Program-made: the position numbers and the translations under genes
Shown: one piece after another, positions 48,908-59,556 of the stretch
Position numbering within the stretch: the stretch's first letter is position 1
How the letters are laid out: every line of letters begins with the position of its first letter
Assembly (NCBI GenBank): GCA_050230475.1
Contig: JBFLGF010000002.1
Coordinates: 1 to 64,000 of the forward strand
Origin: Ancylonema sp.
Lineage: Eukaryota
Length of the DNA: 64,000 nucleotides
Direction of reading: 5' to 3'
The notes under the pieces: generated by a model
What the model was told of the DNA's origin: nothing
Databases searched by the model: none
The model's input: only the letters and a program-made list of their open reading frames with translations

Positions 48908-51601
48908 TGGGGCCCCGCTACGCGTTACAAGCACACATCGGTTCCGGTGCCTATGGGGACGTGGTGAGAGCCCTCGACCGCGACACGGGGGAGACAGTGG
49001 CACTGAAGGTGGGGGGGGTGGGGGGGTGGGGGGGTGGAGATCCGGGATCACGGTTGGGAGAGTGACATGGGGTTGTCGGGTGAGTGGTTGGCAGCGGGTG
49101 GCTGACGTGCTGTGCTGCCCCATGCTGGCAAAGCGGGTGCTGAGGGAGGTGTGCATCATGAGGCGACTTAAACACCCCTACGTCATCAGATGTGAGGGGG
49201 GGGGGACGAGGGGAAGGGAAGGCTCAGGAGACGATGTGTGAGGGAGGATGGGGGGGGTGGGGGGGGTGCAGTGGTGGATGTTTTTACGAGAGATTCGGCA
49301 GAGGGCGCGCAGAGTTCAGACCTGTACATTGCCACAGAGTATGCGGACGGGTAAGATACGCTCGCTTCTTCTGATTTTACTTACAATCTCGAAATCAATA
49401 AATTCGAAACATTCAAAAAATGAAGAGGAGAAATTCCAAGCACTGCTTTTAGATCAATTGATCGGCAGACAACGGTGTTCTTAAGTATATTATATATACA
49501 TATATTTTCACGATATTTATTACGATAACTATCGATTGATCGTTCCGAATCACTTACTAACTACTATACCTGCTACTTCTAATCACCAACTACTCCTGAC
49601 GATCACCTCTTCTATACAGCTGTTATTCATCCCATCAATCATTCTGAATATTTTCACTACTACTATTACTCTTTCTTCCTATCTTTTTATTTTATTTTAA
49701 TTTTTAATTTTTAAATCATCATCGGTTCTCACTCTCCCCACCATCACTCTTCTCATCATTCCATCCTACCTCCCCCCCTGCAGTGGCGACCTCTACCGTT
49801 TGCGCGCCCGCCTCACCCCCTCTGACGTCCGCTGCCTCATCTGGGAGGTCCTTCTGGCCACGCGCTACCTCCACTCCTGCCACGTCTGGCACAGGTCAGC
49901 AGCACGCCACCTGGCGCCACCTGGCGATTGCTGACTGGGTGGCACATGTGCACAGAGACATCAAGTCCGAGAACACCCTTTTGCTGGCGGACAAAACAGT
50001 CAAAATCTGCGACTTCGGACTGTCCAGATCCGCCCTCGGGGTGCGTCACCCTGCCACCTCAGCATCAGCATCATGATTGGCTGTCCTTGACGCTCTGGCG
50101 GCTCCCCATTGGCTGCCTGCAGCTGCCCTCTGAGGAGAAGGAGGCGCGGGGCTTGGGTCCGGGGGGGGCCCGACGCGGCACTCGGAGCGGGACCCGCAAC
50201 CTTGGAAGGAGGCAGCTGGAGAGGTCGTATACGAAGACGGTGAGATCAGGGATGACGGTCATAAGGGTTGTGATAAGGGATGACACCTGGGGGGGAGGTT
50301 TGGTGTGGGGGGCGGTTCAGGTGGTGACTCCCAGCTACAGAGCGCCCGAGGTGATCATGTCGAGGGGCCAGTACACGTCAGCGATCGACATGTGAGCAGC
50401 TGCCCGCAGGACTTTAAACCCTAAAACCCTAAAATCCTAGAACTGTAAGCCCCTTAAACCCTAGAATCCTAAACCCCTAAAACCCTAAAATCCTAAAATC
50501 CTGGAACCCTAAAATCCTGAAACCCTACAATCCTGAAACCCTGAGACCCTAAAACCCTAAAATTCTAAGGCCCTAAAACCCGCAAACCCTAAAACCCTGA
50601 AACCCTAAAACCCTGAAACCCTGAAACCCTGAAACCCCAAGACCCTAAAACTCTAAAACCCTAAACTCATAACCCTGAACTCTGACTTGAGTTGGGGTGT
50701 GGGGGGCGGGTGGGGGTGGCAGCTGGTCGGTGGGCTGCATATTTTGGGTGAGTGACGGTGGCAGGTGCCTCTATAGGGCTCCATGCTGACGTGGAATGTC
50801 CACCTGTGATGTGCCACCTGGCAGGAGCTGCTGATGCGTCAGAGCAGTCCGCACAGAGTAGGCCCCCCCGCCAAGCCGTTGTTTGGTGTCAGGTTCGGCC
50901 CCTCAACCCGCACCCGCAACGAGGAATTCGACAGCTGTCCGCAGCGGGGTGATGCAGGGGAGAGCCTGCCACTCCAGAGAGAGGGGAGCTCTACGTGGAG
51001 GCGGGCGACACCCCCCTGGCGGAACAGGTGGGGAAAGGGAGCTGGGGAGGGGGGGGGGTGGAACTCGCACTGACTCTCAGGGAGAGAGGGGGGGGGGTGC
51101 AGCTGAACGTGATTTTCGACGTGATCGGCACGCCTGGGTGGAAGGACATCGAGAGCGTGCCCTCTGACGCGTGGAGGGCGTATCTCAAAGGCCTGCCTGG
51201 CAAGGGGAGGGGGAGGAGGGAAAGGTGCAGAGGCACAGGGTGCTGACAGCTGTCCTCCTGTGCGCCAGCCCGGCAACCTGTTGTACCAGATGAGCGGCTG
51301 CGGCGACTCTGCGGCGGTGGACCTGCTGGCTCGCATGCTGGCCTTCGACCCCGCCAGGAGGTGCACGGCAGAGGAGGCTCTGGCGCACACCTATGTGAGG
51401 AACAACTGGGGGGGGGCTGCCCAGGCGGAACAGGTGTCGAGTGCTGAGGGGGAGGGGGAGGGGGAGGGGGGGCAGTTCTCGAGTCTGCGGAAGCCCATGG
51501 AGATGGGCGCTGTGGTGTCTCAGGAGGTCCCCCCAGACCTCCCTGATGGCGAGCAGTTCTGGCAGGTCGCAGATCCAGCTGTCGCCCTGGGGCTGCTGGA
51601 G
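48908..51601 (+). CDS. Atypical MAPK-like CMGC protein kinase, about 13 small exons; 5' and 3' ends uncertain
   Basis: IGSGAYGDV, VALK|RV, AKRVLREVCIMRRLKHP, DLYIATEY, YLHSCHVWHR|DIKSEN, VKICDFGLSR, YTKT|VVTPSYRAPEV, YTSAID|WSVGCIF, QLNVIFDVIGTP, AVDLLARMLAFDPARRCTAEEALAH. Confidence 0.9.
50414..50682 (+). repeat. Degenerate telomere-like (AAACCCT/AAACCCTG) intronic array
   Basis: aaaccctaaaaccctaaaatcct...aaaccctgaaaccctgaaaccc. Confidence 0.9.
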
Positions 51602-53076
51602 GTACTGCAGCCGCAGCCAGCACAGAGCTCAGGGTTCCGGGTCCAGGATGTGAAAAGGCGGAGGGGGGGGTGGGGGGAGGGCAGGGGTGGGAAAAGAGAA
51701 GGAGAAGGAGGTGGAGGTGGGGGTGAGAGGGAGGATAGAAGGGGGGGGGGGGAGGAGGACACGAGGTCTACCTAGACCAGCGACCGCGGGGCGGGGGGCT
51801 GCAGCGGCTGTGCGTGCAAATAGAGGGTTGAAGAGATTGGCAGAGGGGGAGAGGGCCGGGCAGTGTGGGCGGAGTAGGGGTCAGTGGCGGGGCGGGAGGG
51901 GAGGTGGGGTACTCGCAGTTTGCAACGAGAAGGTCGCCGCGATTCGTGGATGTTCCACCAGAGGTTGCCGCACCGAAAAAAGGACGTCGGTGCCAGCCGC
52001 TTAGATAAAGCGGCATGACGGTGTGATCGGAAGGGGTTGTGATGTGTTGAAGGCAGCTACGTGGACTTGCGATTTGCACGCTTGGGCGCGTAGGTGTGAG
52101 AGTTAGAGATGACATGCAGTCCTAGCACCATTGTGCAATGTTAGAGATCTTATTTTTGGGAAAGGGGTGAAGATGGTGTTTGTGGTTTTGTGACTATAGG
52201 ATGACCACTGTGAGACTAGTCGGTTGCAGAGAGAAACCTTCTTCTACTCGGGAGGAGGTTTTGTTGTTGTAAATATGTAGGCGACAAGCCACTGTTTTGT
52301 GAGTCAAGTCGGTGTTCAAGTTGGGGCGAATATTTGATTCGTTTACCTTGCATTTCCGTAAGATCCACATTTTTTTTGTCATGAAAGCAACATCACCCAA
52401 GACAAGCTCGACAAAAATTCCTCTATGAGCCATTGTGCGCTGCTTCATTTTTTTTCGAATAAGATACAGATATGTAGACCAAATAGGGGGGCTAAGGTAC
52501 TGTGTCATGAGCTTGGCACATTGTTCCCCTCTCTTCCATGACGAAACCTCAGTTTCGACGATGGGTGAAAATTCTCGGAAACACCAGAAATGCATGTCTA
52601 TGGACTGTCTCGAGAGACTATTCTGTGACATCTGTATTTCCAACAAAATGATGTAGCAAGTGGTGGTTGTGGTCACAAAGTAAAGTCATATCTTAAAAGT
52701 TGCTGTTTGTTTACGTTCCATAAATTGACATGACCTATAAGTGTGATATGTTAAAGGCTTGCATTGCACTTGACATTTCCATTCATGTACGTCAGTCACT
52801 ACATTGACTAGGTAGACTAAACGTCTACATCTCCGACTCTCTTTCAACAACTCTCATAGTACCCCCGATCTATCTCATCGCAATACACCTGAAAGAGTAT
52901 TCGAATTAAGAATCATCTTTCTTACTTCTACCATCTCCTCTCAGTCTCTTAAGAGGATCAAGACTAGCAAGTCATGTCACCTCCTTACTTATTGCGACCT
53001 CATACTGACTCCATAAGAAAATTTACACAAAATTTTATGTGACTACACTGTCTCACTGGAAATACTAATAAGGGAC

Positions 53077-55089
53077 TCATGGGTTGAGCTCAAAATTGGT
53101 GAGCTGTTGCAGCCACTACAACGCTCCAAGCTACTACGAATCCGACAAAATTGATCTCAAATGTGTCACGAAACAACTCATCCTTGCCTCCATACATTTC
53201 GCTCACCGTGTGACAAGCACAACGCATGCACGCATGCATGTCGAATCCCATATTTGTCCCTCCACACTTCCACCTCCTCCACCGAAATCACACTTTATCC
53301 CCCCCTACCAACGCTCCACTCCCAGTCTCCAAATCCACGACACATCCCCCCCTCTCCCACCCGCATCCTGCCTTGCTGGCCTTTGCCTCACTGCCCGCCC
53401 TGTGCTCCCCCTCACCAGGCCCTGCTCATGCTGCTGCATTACCAGCACAGACGCCTTCACTCCCGCATCTTTCGCCCCCAGAGCATCCCCGATCGGCCCC
53501 AACCCGTGCACCTGCTCCGCCTCAGGCAGCTGCTGCTCCCTGACAGAAAAGAGAGTGGGTTTGGTGTGGCTGGCGCTGAAGAGTAGCAGGGGGCTGGGGT
53601 TGCGGCCCCGCCCCACCAGAATGAGGTCAAACACCTCCCCCTGTGCGCACCTCAGTGCTTCCTCGATCCCATTCTCCACTTGAACAGACACGACCGACAC
53701 CGCCCCCCTCCCCCCTGCCTCCTCCTCCTCCCTCCCACCCACTGCTGCCTGCTCTCTCGACACTCGCTCGGACTGACTCCACTGCCTCTTCGTCCAGCCT
53801 CGCTTCCCCCTCGAATTCCACGTCACTCGCTGGGATGGCGAATGACTGCGCACCACCAAGGCCCCTCCAAGACGCTCCCAGATGAGCCCCCCCACCCTCT
53901 CCCTCCCTCAGAGAACCCCCCCCCCCTTCCCTCTGCAAACTGGCCTGCCTCATTGCCAGAGCTGCCGCCTTAGTCCCCTCTGCAACGCTGGAGGCGGGCC
54001 TGAAGACGACCACCGAAAGCGACACCCCGGGATGCTCGGCCATCCGACGGCCCAGAGAGAGCGCCTCGCGGTCGTCAGGACCGCCCAGAAAAAACACACC
54101 CACCCGGTTAACTACTGCGTTGGGAGACATCTGCTGAAACCCCCCCAGGCCGCGGTCCACCAGGATGGCTACGGAGCACGGAGCTGTGCGCTTCACCCTC
54201 TGGTTAACCGTGTCGAAACCGGGGTTGCCCATGTCCACATGACCGTCCGCCGTCTGTGCCACCAGCAGAAGGTGCGATTAGAACCGTTGATCCTCGAACG
54301 CTGCTGACGTGGCATAGCATAGGGGCGAGATGGTACGGTTTTCTGACCAGGTATTTGTGGTAGGGCAACACAATGAGGTTGGCGCGGCAGTCTGCGGCTG
54401 TGCTGCCCACATCTTCGTGCATGTCCCCAAACCCGCTGATGGCCGTCATGGCCTTCACCTTCACCTTGCTCAGCCGTGCGCAGTGCTGGAAAGCCACCAC
54501 CACCTGGTCGCCACCCTCCGCTTCTGCCTCCAAGCTCCAGAACGGCTTACCGTTTCGACGCACGCGAGTGACCTACAGAGTGTTCCCAGCGATTATGATG
54601 ATGGAGGCCCTTTGAAAAACGTCACAAGCGACCTCCCCCCCCCCCCCCCCCACGTACCATGGCAATGGCAGAGGACCGTTCCGACAGCTCCAGGAGGTGC
54701 AGCATGGTGGCGTTGAGCGGCTGCTTGCGCGTGCCTCGAGCGAGCTCTAGAAGGTTGAGCATGGGGGGGATGGTCCGCATGCCGTGCACACAGACCAGCA
54801 TGCGCAGCTCCTCAACCCCCTTGCCCTCCACTCTCCTGTGTGTGTAGGGGGCCTTCTCACGGGCGGGCTCGTAGAGAAGCATGACGAGGGGGGTGGTCAT
54901 GAAAGTGGTGACAAGGGCCATGACGACCATAATTGTGTAAATCTCCTGGTTGATCACCTGAGGAGGAGGGGGGGAGGGTGTGGGCCACCAATGAGGTTAG
55001 GTTGGCAACAGGGTAGTCTTGTAATTGAGCAGAGAGGTGGGGGACAAAGGAATTGTGAATGAAAAACATACAGCCGACCAGGTGTTGAG

Positions 55090-55178
<89 letters not shown>

Positions 55179-55196
55179 GATGGATGATGAATGGTG

Positions 55197-55283
<87 letters not shown>

Positions 55284-57271
55284 GATGGATGATGAATGAT
55301 GAATGTGAATGATGGGGCACGAGGGTGGTCACCTTCTTCTCCAGCCCAATATTGAGCACTACCAGCTCCACCAGCCCCTTGGTGTTCATGAGCACCCCCA
55401 GCACCACGGCTTTCCTCAAACTGATTCGACTCAGCAGGGCTGCCGCCACAGTCCCCCCTATCTTCCCCACGCATGCCACGGCAATCACGAGAGCCACCAG
55501 GCCCCACGCCTTGCCCTCGTTGATGGACGCGAGGTTGATGTTCAGGCCGCTGGAGGCGAAGTAGAGGGGGAGGAGGACGATGGAGGTGATGTCTTCCAAT
55601 GGAGGTGATGTCTTCCAGCTTCTCGATGATGACGGCAGCGAAATGAGGCCCATCACAAAGGCGCCGAAGATCTCATGGATCCCGATGGCGTCTGTCGCGA
55701 AACCCGCACACAGCATGAGGACGATGGTGGTGGCCACCATCCATTCCGGGAGGGGCTCGTTGTCCACGACTTGGCGCGAGATCCAGAGCATGAAGGGGCG
55801 CACGACGAGGAACATGACAAGGAGGAAGGCGAGGCCGCTGAGGAGGATCCAGGCGACGACAGCTGGACTGCTGCCAGAGCTGGAGAGGGCGACAGCTAGC
55901 GCGAGGAGTATCCAGGCCATGACGTCGTTCACGGCAGCGGCTGACATGGCCAGCTGGCCGACGTCTGTGGTGAGGAGCTTGCGCTCTGCCAGGATGCGGG
56001 CGAGGACGGGGAAGGCGGTGATGCTCATGGCTACACCCATAAACACCAAAAAGGGGCCGAAACTGGAGTCTACGCCCAAAATGTCCCTGATTGCGTAGGA
56101 TGCGCCGACCCCCACCACAAAAGGCAACGATATTCCTGCTGCTGCGATGAAGAGGGCCTCCTTGCCGGTGCTCTTGAGAGACTTGAGGTCCAGTTCCAGA
56201 CCCACGGTGAAGAGGAAGAAGAGGAGGCCCAGGGTGGCCACTGTGGTGAGCACAGTGGTGCTGGAAGGGGGGAAGATGCTGGCTGAAAACCCGGGAATGT
56301 AACCCAGCACAGAGGACCCTAGGATCACCCCTCCCTGAACCTCAGGAAGGCGGAATCGACTCGTGTTGAAGAACCAAAATGTTCGAGGACGAAAATACAT
56401 TTGGTTGTTGAGGTGGGGAGGGTTAAGGAGAGGGAGGGTGGTAGCATCCATGACCATTTTTCTCAAACATGTGACAAAAAGTGAGAGAAAAGAGAGTGGG
56501 TTCCACTGTCACAACTAATATTTGTGTCGGTAAGTTTTTTTTTTCTTTCGTTTTTTTTCCAGCAATTGTTCTGGGCACCACTGCCCTGCGCTTCATGCCC
56601 TCCTTTACCCCAAAGAAACTCAAAGCAAGTGCCTGTCACGGTTTTCAACATGCCTCCACCGTCGATTCTCTGTATCTACAGCTTCAGGAGAGATCGATGC
56701 CGTATTTTCCTCGTTTATGACATGCCACAATATCCCAAGTAGTGTTCGCAGTAATTCAGCACCTGTGTGGTGCGTTGATTGCTCAATCACTTCTCTGACA
56801 CCCTCATCTGACACCGATGCATTGATTCCTTTGAAAAATCGTACACCTTTTAGTTCCAAACAAGAGTGAGGGAGAATGAGTTTACCAATATTTCTGCTAT
56901 AACTCTTGGCTGTCGCATCGGCTTCAGGATGAAGTGAATGAGTCGAGAAACGGCGAGGATGAGAACCAGTTGTATTATGAGCAGCGGCAGCGCAAACTGC
57001 GGTTGACAAAAGGAGGGACGGAAATCTGGAGCTAGTGAGTCACGCGCGCCCAACCGGACCAGACAAGGAAACTTCAAACGGTTTCACAATCATTTCTGTT
57101 GCACTACTGCAGAACTGAAACCACATGGAACAGGAGTGAAACATGATGAAACAACCTCGGTGATGCTAAAAGAGTGCTCGCTACCTTCACAGGATTATCT
57201 CCCGACCAAGCGCCATTGGATGTAGCCTTGATGGGAGGCGGACAGCTCATTGATGGAGCGTTTGCAGCCAT
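53077..57271 (-). CDS. CHX: Cation/H+ exchanger (CPA2, CHX family); multi-exon; 3' end uncertain (53077 or 53305)
   Basis: [39 protein letters not shown]...[126 protein letters not shown]...ASVLVMQQ. Confidence 0.93.
55093..55313. repeat. (TGAATGA)n heptanucleotide array in CHX intron
   Basis: About 30 near-perfect units; begins about 19 nt after the minus-strand donor at 55332. Confidence 0.95.
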
Positions 57272-59556
57272 GGTCACCGGAATTGAGTGGTGGTTTTATA
57301 CCGTAAAGTGATCGCCACTCGTGTAATCTTCTTATCACGCTAATATTCTCCTCGTCCTTCAAATTAAGACGTCACAACTGGCACAAGTAATTAACTCAAT
57401 AACCAGCCATACTGACGCTCCTGCCTTGTCGTGAAGTACCTGGTGCGAGTTATCATACATACTTCGCAGACATATTTGACGTTCGACTGCTGGAAACCAC
57501 AGTGAAATTCAAAACTGTCTTTCTACCAGTACTCTGTGTATAACGTATGCCACTTCGATGGCACGTCTTAGCGAATCACTCGCTCACCTACAATGCAGCA
57601 TAAAAAAAGGGGCTGTCGCACTTGGATAGCAGGTAATCTTCAGGCCACAATGCGACTTTTGACCAGCTATATTGATCGTTCAATCATTGGATTGTACAGT
57701 TGGGCTGCAGTGGAGAAGACATTTGTCGTGCATTGCTGGTTATCGAACGTCACAGCGGGTGGCAATGGAAACAAAATTGCGCTGGTGATGCGTACCCGTG
57801 GCCGAGACGGCCCGTGCCTCAGACAGTTGGCGCGGTCGCGTCGTCTCGTAATGAGCAACAAAACCCGAAAACCCAGAAAACCAATGGTAAAGCCGTAGCG
57901 AAGAATGACTGTACGGTATAAATTACCACATTTGTGAACAATTTATAATAATATTCCTGGATTGAGGAATTGTACATTCCTGGAGGTCTTTACAAGACGT
58001 GGTAGGTTATGAGCTCTGAAAAGTTTTGATTTTTTTTTTTAATAATATATTGAAAACTTGAAACCGTTGTACAAGTGTGATTAGGCGTAACGTAACGCAA
58101 CATAATGTAATTTATTGCGGTACTTCGGCGAATTCTTACGGTGAATGCGAAATATTTACGGTAACTCTTACACCGAGATTGGGGATTTCGTAATATGTGC
58201 AACCCTACTAATGACCCTTGGTAGACATGGACACCAAGGTTCGCCCACTTTGCATGTGACGACAGCTCCCATTAGCTGCAATCGGAGCATAGATCTGCAA
58301 GCTGCATGCTAATGTAATCTGCAATCTATCGGATGTTGTGATAACCCGTGATGCGGTTTTTTTTTGTGTCATCCTCCACAAAATTGTGTGTACCTCTTTT
58401 ACAGTGTTCTGAGGATTCACTCCGACATTGTTGTAGAAGGGATAATTACCAAATTCTCTCGATTCGGTTGTTAGATTTGTATGAAGAGGCATTGTAAGTT
58501 CGGAGCCTATCGGGTAGACATTGTGCGGTATTATGTCTGTAATGCCACAAAGGTCCATGCACTATCGTTTCTGTCATGCACGATGTGGACATGAAGCATG
58601 ATAGTACCATGGCAAGAATCTTGGGAGATAGAATCCATTTACTCAACAAAACCTTGTGATAGATTTTGTGGCGTGCCAATTTTGTGCATCTTGCATGAAC
58701 AAATAATTGATCCACTGTTGAACAAATTGGTGATGGAATACACATTTTAAAGTAATTTTCTTCGATTCGATACATTTTTTACAAGATAAAGTTCCCTCAA
58801 CCAGTTGTGTATTAACACCACTTGTGTGCATACACACCACCGACTGGACATCTACGATAATACAATCACTCCAACATAAGAATGATAACACAATATTTGG
58901 CGAAGCTAGTCTTTATAATGATGATGATGTTGACGATGACGGAAAAGGGGCGATAAGAATGCCATGGGCTAAAGTTCGCTGCAATATAGCCGACAAGACC
59001 TAAGGCTAAGGAGGACCTGAGGAGAAGCTATCCATTGGGCGTGACACAAGCGGGCGATGTCGACCAAAGAGTATTTACAGTACACATTGACCGTGCGCCC
59101 ACCCAGGCTAGCTGCCTACATCTGGTAATTGTCAATTTTGAGCCCTCATGATTTTCGAAAACACATGACCTGCACACACAACACCCCAAACTGAGTGAGG
59201 GCAAGGGCAAATCAAAACAAGTTGGACACACGTTAGACCACACCACCATGAATGGAGAAATGGATGGAGTCCATTTCTCCTCGACTTGTACCACGAATCT
59301 TAATCTTTGATGCGGCGATACCAGCAGCCTTTGACCAACGTGATATGATGTGATGTGTGTGCAAAAGCATACAAAATTTGATCACATCTCAGTCCAAGAT
59401 TTCCCCAATTAATACATAGACCAATCATAGGGGATATGGCCCTCCATACGATGTCAAAGCTATTGTACCGCAGCACCTAACAATAGAACACTAGCCGTAT
59501 AAACACACCTATCACAACTCACTTCACACTCCACTTCTCCACATCCATGACATCCA

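Noticed and set aside
53690..53745. Frame switch near the CHX C-terminus as a programmed frameshift
   Set aside because: It falls in G/C homopolymer runs, so a sequencing indel is more likely.
55093..55313. IHHSSFI-repeat protein segment or CRISPR-like array
   Set aside because: A pure 7-nt tandem repeat in an intron with no unique spacers; the context is eukaryotic.
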